The notes beneath the pieces were generated by a model, which was not told the origin of the DNA, ran no database searches, and saw only the letters and a list, made by a program, of their open reading frames with translations. Source: a bacterium (GTDB lineage Archaea > Thermoplasmatota > E2 > JACPAO01 > JAHFTW01). Taken from it: DNA of 64,000 bases. The first letter of the stretch is position 1. Every line of letters starts with the position of its first letter. Below, piece after piece: positions 28,225 through 38,628 of this stretch. Made by a program: the position numbers and the translations under genes. The stretch lies in contig JAZJZE010000004.1 of assembly GCA_040390065.1 (NCBI GenBank), positions 76,969 through 140,968 on the forward strand. Direction: 5' to 3'.

Positions 28225-28346
28225 CTACTTTACCCGCAAACCCTTTTCCCCCCTCGTTGCTTTCCCACTCTAATGGGACCCAACGGGGAAATCAGGAGTA
28301 GTTTCGCCTCACCCTCGACGGGAAATGACCCCCGGGCAGGTGCCTG

Positions 28347-28901
28347 ATGGCACTCGACAAGACGCTGACGATCAAGCAGCGCCGGGTCGACATCTACCTG
28401 CCCACCTTGGACGCGAGGGGCAAGTGGATTGCGGCCGCTGCCAAGCGCAACCTGAGCCTCTCCGCGTTCGTCTTCCAAGCCATGGAGATGGAGCTCCAGA
28501 AGGACGCCCTGGAGGGCCTGGAGCGGGCCAGTGCGGCAGACTTGGAGAAGGAGCTGACTGACCTTCGCTTGGCCAATGCTGACCTGCGCCGCCGCGTCGA
28601 GGAACTGAACGTCCTGAATCACCGCGCCGAAGCCGACCTGGCGGAATACCGGGCGCAACACATCGTCGGGCCCGAGCCGGTCAAGCACCTCGACCCCCGC
28701 CTCATCAGCATCCTATCCGAAGCCAAGGGACGCGACGGCCGCTTCCGCGCCCTCGACGTGGCCGAACTGCGGCGGGAGCTGCGCCTGAACCCCAAGAACC
28801 CCACCGAATTGCAGGCCCTGTCACGCCAACTCGAGTACCTCGAGGTCCACAAAGTCGTCCGGCGCTCGCCGAAGGGGTGGGTGTGGAATGACAAGGAGTA
28901 A
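28347..28901 (+). CDS. Element DNA-binding protein (RHH-like N-terminus, coiled coil, wHTH-like C-terminus)
   Basis: RRVDIYLP...AAKRNLSLSAFV; heptad region; overlaps the integrase start. Confidence 0.6.
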   Translation: MALDKTLTIKQRRVDIYLPTLDARGKWIAAAAKRNLSLSAFVFQAMEMELQKDALEGLERASAADLEKELTDLRLANADLRRRVEELNVLNHRAEADLAEYRAQHIVGPEPVKHLDPRLISILSEAKGRDGRFRALDVAELRRELRLNPKNPTELQALSRQLEYLEVHKVVRRSPKGWVWNDKE

Positions 28902-29817
28902 ACCTAACGCCGGGCTCCTCGAGGCCTACGAACGGGACGCCAAACTGCAAGGCCTCTCCGACCTGACTCTGAAGGCCTACAAGCACGGCATCGAGACCTT
29001 CCTTGGCTACCTGGGGACTAATCCAGTAGCCAAGGTCACGATCAAAGACCTGGCCGAGTACCTTGGGAACCAGAAAGACCAGAAGCTGGACCCCCGCACC
29101 CTCAGCGGCCGCATCTCGGCCCTGTCCAGTTTCTTCGAATTCCTCGAGTTCGAGGGCAAGATCAAGGGCAACCCAGTGCCCGGCTTCCGTCGGCGCTACC
29201 TTGGGACGCTCCGGCGAGAACTCGGCAAGAAGAAGTCCGACCGGAAGCTCGTCGCGGTCGAGCAACTGCGGGCAATGCTACAGACCGTGGTCGACGCACG
29301 CGACCGCTGCATCATCGGACTGCTGGCCAAGACTGGCATGCGCCGCGACGAACTCGTGCAACTCGATGTGCGCAGCATCGACCTCACCAAACAGACCGTC
29401 GACATCAAGCCGCACCCCAAGCGGACGAACTGCCAGGTGTTCTTCGACGACGAGACTGGTCGAGTCCTGCGGAGGTGGTTGGCGGTTCGCCGAGCACGCA
29501 CGGGAACGGACGCCGGACCGCTGTTCGTCGGCCAGCGAGGAAACCGCATCAATGGGGATGCGGTGAATGACGCCGTCTCAGCCGCGGCCAGGAACGTGGG
29601 CCTGCACGACCCAGAAGGACCCTTGAAGGACCGCTTCACGGCTCACAATCTGCGGCATTTTTTCACCACGCACCTTCGACGTGGCGGCATGACGCGCGAG
29701 CACATAGCGTGGCTTCGCGGCGACGCCGGCAACGACTCGATGGACGTGTACATGCACATCGACCCAGACCAGGTTCAACAGGCGTATCGGAGCGCGATTC
29801 CGCAACTCGGGCTCTGA
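28888..29817 (+). CDS. Tyrosine recombinase/integrase (XerA-like)
   Basis: TGMRRDEL, K, HNLRH, LRGD, Y in MDVYMH. Confidence 0.95.
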   Translation: MTRSKPNAGLLEAYERDAKLQGLSDLTLKAYKHGIETFLGYLGTNPVAKVTIKDLAEYLGNQKDQKLDPRTLSGRISALSSFFEFLEFEGKIKGNPVPGFRRRYLGTLRRELGKKKSDRKLVAVEQLRAMLQTVVDARDRCIIGLLAKTGMRRDELVQLDVRSIDLTKQTVDIKPHPKRTNCQVFFDDETGRVLRRWLAVRRARTGTDAGPLFVGQRGNRINGDAVNDAVSAAARNVGLHDPEGPLKDRFTAHNLRHFFTTHLRRGGMTREHIAWLRGDAGNDSMDVYMHIDPDQVQQAYRSAIPQLGL

Positions 29818-29832
29818 CCGCGAAGGCGCACC

Positions 29833-30780
29833 ATGACAAGGCACAACCGTTCCCGCCCACCAGCGGACGAGCCCGAATTGCCGCCCCTGGAGGTGCGCCC
29901 GCGCGAAAGCGGCCGGGAGTCGGGTGATCAAGTTCGTGCAGCCGTCTACGCAAGGACAAGCTCTCGTCGGCAGCACACTGTCCCCGTGCAGCTTGAACTG
30001 TGCCGCAAACGCTGCCTCGACCGGGGCTGGCGTGTGTCCTATGCAATCAAGGACGAAGGCCTGAGCGGTGCGAGTGCGGAAAGGCCAGGATTCCAACGTC
30101 TTCTCGACCTAGCATCAGATGCCAAGATCGACGTCGTGGTCGTGTGGAAAATTGATCGGCTAGCGCGGAGCCTAGCCCACGCAACGAGCATTGAGGAAAT
30201 CTTCCGCGAGAACGGTGTAGCCATTCACAGTTGTACTGAACCAATCGACACGACCACGGCAACGGGCCGCTTCATGTTTGGAACCCTCGCCAATGCCGCT
30301 CAACTTGAGCGGGAGATCATAGGCGAGCGCTCCCGAATGAGCCTGCAGGATCTGGCACAAAGGGGTCGTTGGGCTCGTCCTCGAATCCCTTTCGGGTATC
30401 GCCGGAGCAAAGGCAAGAACATCCGGATTCACGACGGCGAGGCCGCGGTCGTTCGGGCCGTCTTTGAAGCGTACCTCGCCGGGCAGAGCCTCAATGAGGC
30501 GTCATTCGCCCTGAACCGCGATGGCTTTACGTTCCGAGGCAAGCCTTGGACCCAGGAACGCGTCCGAATGATCATCGACAATCGAATTTGCGTAGGAGAG
30601 TTCAATGTCTCGGGAGTGCAGAAGCACCTGCCCAAGTTGGCCATTGTACCGCGTGAACTGGCGGAATCGGTCTGGACGCTCCGCAGCGAATCCCCCCGAA
30701 GTGGAAAGGCCGCAACGCCTGACGCGCGAGAACTGGCAATTGACTCTGTCTTCAGGCAATACCTAGCCAGCCTCGAATGA
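29833..30780 (+). CDS. Large serine recombinase
   Basis: YARTSS, DEGLSG...RPGFQRL, VVWKIDRLARS, PFGY. Confidence 0.9.
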   Translation: MTRHNRSRPPADEPELPPLEVRPRESGRESGDQVRAAVYARTSSRRQHTVPVQLELCRKRCLDRGWRVSYAIKDEGLSGASAERPGFQRLLDLASDAKIDVVVVWKIDRLARSLAHATSIEEIFRENGVAIHSCTEPIDTTTATGRFMFGTLANAAQLEREIIGERSRMSLQDLAQRGRWARPRIPFGYRRSKGKNIRIHDGEAAVVRAVFEAYLAGQSLNEASFALNRDGFTFRGKPWTQERVRMIIDNRICVGEFNVSGVQKHLPKLAIVPRELAESVWTLRSESPRSGKAATPDARELAIDSVFRQYLASLE

Positions 30781-32205
30781 GGCCGGAACTCCTGGCAGTT
30801 TGGATTGCGCCGGGACGCGAAGTGTTGGTTCGATTGGTGGGCTCGCCCCAATCCGCGACGGGTGCGCCTCCTCTTGAGCCGGACGTTGGCGGTTCTTCAG
30901 GAGCTGATTCATGTGATGGCCAGGATAGAGAGTGGTGTGGGCATCCTTAGGGCGCGTGCAGATGCGGATGTCGCGCCCGCCATGGTGGGGGTCACTTGCT
31001 ACCCGGAGCCGGGTCGGAAAGCCACAGATGCCTCCATGGGGCATTTGTCGCCTGCATACGGGGCCTTCCGAGACTTTTTCGGCCTCGTCAATCACGTCAC
31101 GGCCATGCTCTTCTATCAACTGCGTGCGCTTGGGTTTGCGGCGTGGCTTGCGCATCAACAGCGCAGCCCCCACGAGGCGACGCAACTCTTGGACTTGGGG
31201 GCGTGTGTAGACAGCCAGATGCTGCAACCTAGCGATGCCGTCGCTCTCCCAGCCCGTGACTAGATCATCGTTCACTTCCTCTACGAGACGGTCAATGCTC
31301 AACCCCGGCGCCACGGCGCGACGTCCTCGCACCAGGGCACGTAGCGTCTCGAGCGTCGGCTTGCCGCGCATCTGGGTCAACAGCCCTTTTGCGAATTCGT
31401 CAGCATCTGCGTGCTTCTCGAAGGCCCACGGTGGTTCGCCTTTGACGGTCCGTTGCACCGTTTCGGTCGGCGACAGACGGCGGGTCGCATAGAAGGCGGT
31501 CATGCGCTGCTGACGCGCCAGCCCCTTGCGGTGGTAGGCCTCGAAGACCTCGGTGACGCTCTTGCCCCGTTTTGTGTTCTCATTCTCTGCCGTGGCAAGG
31601 GCCCGGGTAACCTCCGCGTAGTCCCTCGGAATGCGAACGTCCTTCAGCAGAATTCTGTCGTCGAAGTCGTCGCCGTAGCCCAGGAGCTTGCCATCGTCAC
31701 GGAGGAGCCATGCAACTTGGGTACCGCAGCGCATGCAGCGGGCAAAGCGCGTAAGGTCGGAGACAACGAGCGCCCGTACGTCCTCCAGGGCCCGCAATGC
31801 GCCGACCGCGGCCGCAAAGCCCTCCCGGCCCTTGACGAACTGCCAGCCGCGTGAGTCCGTATCCCAGGCAATGGCAAGCGGTACCATGCTTCCAGCCCGG
31901 GTGGCGCGCAAGGTCCGGCGTGTCCAGGCACTGATGGCCAACTTCTCTTCGGCGTCGATGCTCCGCCTAACGTAGCCAATCACGAAACGCTCGGGCTTGC
32001 AATCGCATTCGGTCCCGTGCCGGCCGAGAATGTGTTCGTAAGCGGCCAAGTAGCCTAGCCCTTGAGGTGCCGAAACGTCGAGTCCAAGCCAGAGGATGCC
32101 GCCCTTCTCCCCGGCGTTCACTCTCTTTTGGACCTCCTCCGCGACCTCATCCTCCATAACTTCCCACGGTGTTTCTTTAATATGAAAAACCTTGGATTTT
32201 TCCAA
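30763..32205 (-). CDS. Divergent serine-recombinase-family protein
   Basis: IGYVRRS, DTDSRG, REGF, LVVSDLTRFAR, E.EN; Cys-containing C-terminus. Confidence 0.65.
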   Translation of the reverse strand: MEKSKVFHIKETPWEVMEDEVAEEVQKRVNAGEKGGILWLGLDVSAPQGLGYLAAYEHILGRHGTECDCKPERFVIGYVRRSIDAEEKLAISAWTRRTLRATRAGSMVPLAIAWDTDSRGWQFVKGREGFAAAVGALRALEDVRALVVSDLTRFARCMRCGTQVAWLLRDDGKLLGYGDDFDDRILLKDVRIPRDYAEVTRALATAENENTKRGKSVTEVFEAYHRKGLARQQRMTAFYATRRLSPTETVQRTVKGEPPWAFEKHADADEFAKGLLTQMRGKPTLETLRALVRGRRAVAPGLSIDRLVEEVNDDLVTGWESDGIARLQHLAVYTRPQVQELRRLVGAALLMRKPRRKPKRTQLIEEHGRDVIDEAEKVSEGPVCRRQMPHGGICGFPTRLRVASDPHHGGRDIRICTRPKDAHTTLYPGHHMNQLLKNRQRPAQEEAHPSRIGASPPIEPTLRVPAQSKLPGVPASFEAG

Positions 32206-32596
32206 GAAGTTGGCCTTCTCCCTTCTGGCCGAGAAGCCAGAGGAATTGAAGGGCGTCTACAAGGCAATCAACAGTATGGCCGCAAGTTGGGACGCCATCA
32301 AGAAGGATGTGGCCGAAACCGTCCCGCAGCCGAAGGCGAAGGCCAAACCGTTCGGAACTCCCGGCAAGAGGAGCGCCCTACTGCTTGATGACGAAGACCA
32401 AGCATCAACCGCCACCGCTGACATTTCTGCGGTGGCAGACGATCCAGCGATGCGCAAGAAGGTTGCAGACGCAACGATCGATGCCATTACTGAAGCCGAG
32501 GACAAGCGCAAAGCACAGGATAAGAAAGAAAAGCCGCTAGCCTTGCTCAAGAACGCTAACAACAATCTGGCGATTGCAAGGGCCGCTTCTTCTTGA
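32192..32596 (+). pseudogene. Probable gene fragment (lower GC, Lys-rich)
   Basis: Composition differs from the host; overlaps the start of the neighbour; no clear motif. Confidence 0.35.
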
Positions 32597-32963
32597 CTCG
32601 TCATGAACATTCGGTGGCCGTTGCAAACAAGCGATACCAGTTGCACGTTTGGATGGACATTAAGGGAGGGCCCGAACTGCTTGTGGTATCGCGTGGCGAT
32701 TTGCTCCAAAACTCACCGGAGGACCGGCGCGGAAGTGCATGGCAAGATGCCGAGATTTCGATCGCCAGCTTGTACCATTCCTAGGAGGCCATGCCGACCG
32801 GGGTCAAGGGAGGTTGGCGTCGACCGTCCACGCAGGCGGGAATTTGGCCGCGCTCGAGAACCTGCAGGATACGTCTTCAGGGCCATCTTCGTGCTCGTCG
32901 GCTGGAACGTCTAACCCCCAAGGCTGCGTGGGCGGGGTCGCCGCCCACGCAACCCGTGTTTGC

Positions 32964-33119
32964 TTAGTCGCTGAGGACAGCGGCTGCGATAGCAAGGATT
33001 CCGCCGATGGCGATTGCGCCAAGGACGAATGCTCCTGTTTCGCTCGTAGTGATCCTCGTGCACAGTTTGTCGTAGCACAGGTCCACCTCGCCGAAGTGTT
33101 GGTGCGGAGTGTCTTTCAC
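32964..33119 (-). CDS. 51-aa tail-anchored membrane microprotein
   Basis: GGAGGTGA Shine-Dalgarno before GTG; MKDTPHQHF...GAFVLGAIAIGGILAIAAAVLSD; below the ORF-track cutoff. Confidence 0.6.
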   Translation of the reverse strand: MKDTPHQHFGEVDLCYDKLCTRITTSETGAFVLGAIAIGGILAIAAAVLSD

Positions 33120-33167
33120 GGATTCACCTCCTTCCACCGACCGGGGGAAAGGGGGTGAGGTGGGGGC

Positions 33168-33425
33168 TCATTCCTTGCCCTCCGGGTGCAGCAGGTCTGT
33201 TACGGTCTCGATTGCTGCCTTGTTGGTCTGGAGCGTGCGGAGGAGGACCGCGATGGCATGGAAGAAGTCCTTCCAGCTCAAGTCGAGGTCGTTCTTCAGC
33301 TCCGTGATTGTCTTGAGGTCCGCCGCGTAGAATTCCACGAGAGTGCGGTGCGTCTTGTCCTTGTTGCGTGTGAACAAGGGCACGAGCGACTGAAGCTCTG
33401 GCGGCAGGGTTGTCCCGTCAGCCAT
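33168..33425 (-). CDS. Small hypothetical protein
   Basis: 85 aa, preceded by GGAGG, overlaps the upstream microprotein. Confidence 0.65.
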   Translation of the reverse strand: MADGTTLPPELQSLVPLFTRNKDKTHRTLVEFYAADLKTITELKNDLDLSWKDFFHAIAVLLRTLQTNKAAIETVTDLLHPEGKE

Positions 33426-33540
33426 CGTTGGCCTCCATGATGGCCTTCAGCGCCAGGAGGCCTAGGGCTATGCCGCCGAACAGGATGATGGCCTTCGCCA
33501 CGTCCTCGCCGTTGACGCCGGAACCTTGGGGGTTAGCCAT
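33418..33540 (-). CDS. 40-aa membrane microprotein
   Basis: MANPQGSGVNGEDVAKAIILFGGIALGLLALKAIMEANDG. Confidence 0.55.
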   Translation of the reverse strand: MANPQGSGVNGEDVAKAIILFGGIALGLLALKAIMEANDG

Positions 33541-33938
33541 AGTAGTACGCTGAATGTATCAGTCAGAGTATCAGATAAGGTTTGTCCTCCACGTGATCGC
33601 GATGTGTCGACCTGGCGCATTTGTGAGCTCCCCGTCTTTGCAGGGCTTTGCTTCAGGTGGAAGCGTTCACAAATCCGGCCCTCGCCTTGGCGCCGACAGG
33701 GGGAACGCGAGCCATTCACGCAGCGTTCACACCACGAGGATTGCGGCTTCCCGTGGCTCCCCAAATACCCCACACAGTTCAGCGAGTTCGTGACCGCTGA
33801 CGTCCAACTTCCCTTATGCGACTGGGCACATCCCGGTCGCGGGTTCCCCCAGCAGGCAATGGCGCGCCTCCAGCACGACCACGCGGAGGAGTGCCCGTGG
33901 GCCTAGAAAGCGCCACGCCGGGCTCGCCCCTCCTGGAC

Positions 33939-33972
33939 TTACGGGCAAACTCTAGTGACAATCCGGTCTGCC
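33939..33972 (+). repeat. attR-like site 1
   Basis: TTACGGGCAAAC-N5-TGACAATCCGGT-CTGCC. Confidence 0.8.
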
Positions 33973-34082
33973 CGGCCGTCTTCCCGTAGGAAACCCCGGC
34001 CAGGGGGTTGGCATTCTTCATGCTTGAGGCCGCTCCCAGCGGGCGCGGTCGTTCCGCGCGCAAACGGCATCGTCGGGCATTC

Positions 34083-34925
34083 CTACGTTTCGTCGATTGG
34101 CCTGGCCTCGTCCCAATAGTGGAGGAACAGGTCGCGGCACCAAGCCACGAACGCCGGGTCACCCCCGACGAACGCGTTCCGGAAGTCAATCTGGCCGGCC
34201 GCACTCTCGAACTGCAAAATGGCCAGGCCGTCCGTCACGGCAATAGCGACTGGCCCCCGTTGCAGAAGCCTGGTCTTGAAGACGGGCCCGAAGCGTTTCG
34301 GGAAGGCCTTCAACACCAAGGCGAGCTCGCTTTCGAGCAGGATGGCTCGTGCATCGGCTCGGGAGGTTTTCACGCGCTCCGCGATGAGGGCGTTGAGTCG
34401 GATCTGGTCGCCAGTGGGACCTGGTGCGCCGATGATCCATTGGCCGTAGAACCGGGAGTCAATCGTTTCCGTCAGGCGACCAAACACGGCGCCAATCTCG
34501 AACGGGTCGCTCAGAAGCTGGGCCTTGCCGAGGACGTGCAGGTTCGCTAGGAACGGTCGGGGCAGGGACTCGATCGGATGGGCCTGGAAGAAGCTGGAAT
34601 GCCGCGCCAAGAATTCCAACGATTCCGCGTGCGTCAAGGCTGCGTTTGACACGCCGGCCAGGCGGAACAAGCCGTCCTGCCCCTTGGTCACCAGGCCAGA
34701 CTCGACGAGCCTTGCCAGATTGCGAGAAACTTCGCTTTCCGTGCCTCCAGCGCGGTGCGCGATGTCCGTGTACCGCAGAGGGCCGTCTTGCAGGGACTGG
34801 GCAATGGCGAGCCGCCCTCTGGCGAACAGTTCTTGCGCCAGCCCGGCGGCATCGGCCAAGCGACCCGGTTCGACCGGGAGACTTCCGGAACCACCGTCGG
34901 AATCGCTCTTGAGACTCCGACGCAT
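34083..34925 (-). CDS. ArsR-like HTH regulator with C-terminal sensor domain (archaeal FilR1/DUF1724-like)
   Basis: SEVSRNLARL...GLV.K; AWCRDLFLHYW..A C-terminus. Confidence 0.75.
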   Translation of the reverse strand: MRRSLKSDSDGGSGSLPVEPGRLADAAGLAQELFARGRLAIAQSLQDGPLRYTDIAHRAGGTESEVSRNLARLVESGLVTKGQDGLFRLAGVSNAALTHAESLEFLARHSSFFQAHPIESLPRPFLANLHVLGKAQLLSDPFEIGAVFGRLTETIDSRFYGQWIIGAPGPTGDQIRLNALIAERVKTSRADARAILLESELALVLKAFPKRFGPVFKTRLLQRGPVAIAVTDGLAILQFESAAGQIDFRNAFVGGDPAFVAWCRDLFLHYWDEARPIDET

Positions 34926-34989
34926 AGGGGTTGACTGGCATCACGGTAGATGAAGGCGTCCTCGACGTCTTTTCGATGCGACGTGCACC

Positions 34990-35865
34990 ATGATCGCGAC
35001 CTCCACCACGACGACAGACCAGAACAAGGCCACCGTGCGACGGTTCCTCGAGCGCGTGGTGAACCAGAATGAGTACCAGGTCGTGGACGAGTTGTTCGCT
35101 CCTGAATACGTGCTTCACATCGCGGGCGACCCTGAGCCAAAGGTCGGCCGAGACCACGTCCGCTATGTTGCCAAGATGTTCCGGGCGGCGTTTCCGGATT
35201 GGAAGAATGCGGTCGACCAACTCGTCATGATGGCGGAGGGGGATTGCGTGATGACGCGCTGGAGGGAATCGGGGACCCACCGCGGCGAATTTCAGGGGGT
35301 TGCACCCAGCGGCCGGCGCGTGATCTTGGAGGGCATGGATATGTTCCGTTTCGCTGGCGGGAAGATCGTCGAGCAATGGCTGGAGGCAGACCTGGCCGGA
35401 TTTCGGCGTCGCCTGGTCCAAAGGGTGCCAGGGGCGAGCCCGTTGACCGATTCAGCCCTGCAGGATTGGGCGCGCCGCATGAAGGACGACATCATCAACG
35501 CTCACGACCCGGCTGCGGCTGCGCTCTACTATGCGCCCACGTTTTCCACGCGCAATCCAATCCCAGGACGGCGCCCCGGCCTCGACGGCCTGCAAGAGGC
35601 GCTCCGGGAGTTCTTCATCGCCTTCCCCGATGTGCAGGAGACCGTGGAGGAGGTCGTCGCCGACGGCGACCACATCGCCATGGTCGGTACCATCCGCGCC
35701 ACTCACGGCGGCCCCTTTGCAGGGGTCCCGGCCAGCAACCGCCGCGTGACGTTCCGCATCTTCGAGCAGCACCGCCTCGAGGCCGGCAAGATTGCCGACG
35801 GCTGGGTGTTCATTGACGTGCCTGGGCTGATGCAGCAAATTTCCCCAGCCGCACTGGGCACATGA
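34990..35865 (+). CDS. Tandem SnoaL-like ester cyclase
   Basis: Two repeats of AFPD...AEGD.V...GTH.G.F.GV..SGR.V...GKI. Confidence 0.9.
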   Translation: MIATSTTTTDQNKATVRRFLERVVNQNEYQVVDELFAPEYVLHIAGDPEPKVGRDHVRYVAKMFRAAFPDWKNAVDQLVMMAEGDCVMTRWRESGTHRGEFQGVAPSGRRVILEGMDMFRFAGGKIVEQWLEADLAGFRRRLVQRVPGASPLTDSALQDWARRMKDDIINAHDPAAAALYYAPTFSTRNPIPGRRPGLDGLQEALREFFIAFPDVQETVEEVVADGDHIAMVGTIRATHGGPFAGVPASNRRVTFRIFEQHRLEAGKIADGWVFIDVPGLMQQISPAALGT

Positions 35866-36106
35866 GAAACGGGGCGAACCACTTCCGGGTTCCGTGGAAT
35901 CCTTTTCGAAGAGGTTCAATTCGTGGCCGAGTAGGTCATTCGGCAAATCGGGAAGCGCCTGCAGGACAAATCGGAAGCTCGATTTTGGTTGGATTCGAGC
36001 AGGAACCGCAATCATGGCTGCCTCCCCATGGGGCACCGCATCTTGACTTGACCGCCGCTACCGCGTTCGGGGTTGGATGGAGTCCCAGCTCCACGACTTG
36101 AGGCCC

Positions 36107-36403
36107 TTAGACGAGGCCGCGGTTGTGAAGCTCCTCGGCCACGGCGACAAGCATGGCTGGGCGTTCCACCTCCGGGTAATGCGTTGAGCGCCACTCCGAC
36201 ATGATGAACCCGCTCCGGACCACCTTGGCGTCCCGCTCCAAGCGATTCAATGCGCCCCGAACCCGGGCCACCTGCGCCTGCGTCGCCCATTCCCCATGGA
36301 GCTCGTTGGCAATCTGCCTGGCCTCCATCCACCGCCCCCGATGGGCCGGCCCATTGAGGATTGCCGCCACTTCCCGTTGCGCCTTGCCCTGGCTCATGTG
36401 CAT
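36107..36403 (-). CDS. Small winged-HTH hypothetical protein
   Basis: EARQIANEL...RVRGALNRLERDAKV. Confidence 0.5.
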   Translation of the reverse strand: MHMSQGKAQREVAAILNGPAHRGRWMEARQIANELHGEWATQAQVARVRGALNRLERDAKVVRSGFIMSEWRSTHYPEVERPAMLVAVAEELHNRGLV

Positions 36404-36493
36404 AGATGGAGGCGCCGCGTTCTTAGGATTACCGCGAAACAAACGGGGGTTTTGCGAACGGCTCGGTCTGCGTGAAAGCAACGATTGCACCGC

Positions 36494-37462
36494 CTAGGTG
36501 CGGGTGCCCGTGATGCCCTCGTAGACGGCGCGCACTGCAGGGTCTGCCGCGTCTGGGACCCGGTTGAGGCGGTCCTGGATGAGCGGCATCATGAGTCGCA
36601 GACCGCCGACCTCGTGACTGGCCGGCCCAGCGGGCGGCTCGGGGCCGCACACCAGCACTGCGGGCGCGCAGGCCCAGGGGTTCACATCCGTCGGCACGGT
36701 GTAGTAGGTGACGTGCATGCCGGCTGAGGCCAGTGCTTGGTAGAGGCGCTCGGCCTGCTCGGCTGAAACCCAGGTGTCTCCGGGGGCGTAGACGAGGTAG
36801 GCGCGCTGCAAGCCCTTCGACGCCATCTGGGGTGCGAGGTCGACGGGGGACCGCTGGGAGTAGGCTGCGGGGACCTGGCTAGGAGTTCCGCCGGTCTCCT
36901 GTTCGATGAGGGACTGCACGGCGTGGTCTTCTTGCCACGTGGCAGCCAGGTCGGCTACACCCGCGCCATCGAGCCAGTAGTCGAACGTGCCATTGGGCGC
37001 CTGCGCGACGGCCATGCCAGACACTTCGCCGCCCATGCTCCAACCGTACAGGATCGTGAGATTGACGCTCGGCCAGGCCGCCTTCACGGCCAGGGTTGCC
37101 GCCACCGTGTCGTTGGCGCCCGCCTGCACCTTCCATGGGTGGTCGCCGCGGTAGTCCATTGCGACGGCCAGAGCTCCACCCGCAGCGACTTGTTCGAGGC
37201 CAGTACGGAACAACGTCGCGTTGGTGCCGAATGGATGAGCGAAAACGACGAGCGAGGTGGGGTTAGCGGCGGTTGGGACGGCAAGAAGTCCCGTTGCGTT
37301 CATGCCGTCAACCACGAGCGAGATAGCATGCACGCCTTGCTCGCGAGGAATCGCGGGCAACGGCGGCACCTGGACAGAGCCGTGGTCCGCTTGGCCGGCG
37401 GGACCGGTGCATCCACTAGCCAGAAGGGCTATCGAAAGTAGGAGCAGGGGGCGCGTCGCGAT
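36494..37462 (-). CDS. Alpha/beta hydrolase lipoprotein (S9-like)
   Basis: GWSMGG nucleophile elbow, YSQRSP, D and H; in-frame lipobox LLASGC upstream of the annotated GTG at 37369. Confidence 0.75.
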   Translation of the reverse strand: MATRPLLLLSIALLASGCTGPAGQADHGSVQVPPLPAIPREQGVHAISLVVDGMNATGLLAVPTAANPTSLVVFAHPFGTNATLFRTGLEQVAAGGALAVAMDYRGDHPWKVQAGANDTVAATLAVKAAWPSVNLTILYGWSMGGEVSGMAVAQAPNGTFDYWLDGAGVADLAATWQEDHAVQSLIEQETGGTPSQVPAAYSQRSPVDLAPQMASKGLQRAYLVYAPGDTWVSAEQAERLYQALASAGMHVTYYTVPTDVNPWACAPAVLVCGPEPPAGPASHEVGGLRLMMPLIQDRLNRVPDAADPAVRAVYEGITGTRT

Positions 37463-37618
37463 GGTTCAGGGGGTCGCCAGCGGCCCCATAAGCCTTGGCT
37501 CGGTACGCCCGCTCGCCGGAAGAAGCCATGGCAAGCAGGCCCGGAACCTGGCATGCAGCCCCCATCGACCTGGCATGTACCGGCACGTCACCGGCAGCAC
37601 CGCGTCCGCGCCGCAGAG

Positions 37619-37714
37619 GGCGCAACCGCCAATCTCCCGCCGATTTGCCCCGCACCATGTACAGGAGGTACCGCTAGGATTTACGGGCAAACTTCCTTGA
37701 CAATCCGGTCTGCC
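37619..37714 (+). repeat. attR-like site 2 (91-bp copy of the attR region)
   Basis: Ungapped match to 40650-40740 with about 8 mismatches, ending in TGACAATCCGGT. Confidence 0.85.
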
Positions 37715-38140
37715 GCCCGGCCATGCATGCAGCCGACCGTCGCCTACAGCGCAATCGCTTTGGGAGCTTTGGATTGTACGGCAACCCCGTGAGGGGCGAC
37801 CCTCGAAATCCTTTTCCGGACCGAGGGCCGTGGCGAGAAACATGGTACCGATCCCCTGCCCCCGATGCCAGTCCGGCATGATCCCAGCGGCGGCGGACAC
37901 CCTCCAATGCCTGGCGTGCGGCTACCGAGCGGCAATGGCCCTTCAACCGCTGCCCAACGAGGGGTACATGCCGGTCGAAAGCCGCAACGACGAGAACCAG
38001 CGTCGGTGCCTCCGCTTTTCCGCTAGATGCCGATATCTAAAGAGCGCCGCCTTCCTGTTGATGTGAACCCCCGGAAGGCAGGTGAACCCCCGGTGACCGC
38101 AAGCCCCACCGGAAGGGGCATTGGGCTGTCGGCCGGCGTC

Positions 38141-38464
38141 TTAGAAGCAGGCCTCGACCACGCTCCCGATGGAATGCTGCTCATCAATGCCAAGCGGGAA
38201 ATCGTCTTTGCCAACCGCCGCGCTGTCGATTGGGCCACAGGGCGTGGTGCGGTTATCGACGGCAGCACCTAGGAATTGCCCGGAGACGACCGCCTGCCCT
38301 GCAATAGTTGCGTCGGCGGCCTGGATGGTCCCGGCGCTTTCCGCTCCGCCCGGTAGGGCAAGGAGAAGAAGGATGAGTAGGCCAACAGACAGCATCTCCT
38401 GCTGCATGCCCCGTCCTAGGGGCGGGCTCGATTTCTCATTTGCTAGTTGCCGATAATCAGGCAC
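38141..38464 (-). pseudogene. Possibly truncated secreted/membrane protein
   Basis: Signal peptide MLSVGLLILLLLALPGGAESA then a short remainder. Confidence 0.4.
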
Positions 38465-38628
38465 TCGGGATGGAAATAGTAGTCCGGAGGGTCAAGAGAA
38501 TAGGCGAACCACGTGCAGTATGGGGGCAAAGGGGGATGATCTGACGGGGGCACAGGCTCATCCGCCACGACCATCGGGGCGGCCAATATCAATAGGCATC
38601 CAACGAGAGCATACGCTAGTGTTTTCAT
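38443..38628 (-). CDS. Small secreted Cys-pair peptide
   Basis: Signal peptide + DEPVPP...YCTWFAYSLDPPDYYFHPECL. Confidence 0.65.
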   Translation of the reverse strand: MKTLAYALVGCLLILAAPMVVADEPVPPSDHPPLPPYCTWFAYSLDPPDYYFHPECLIIGN

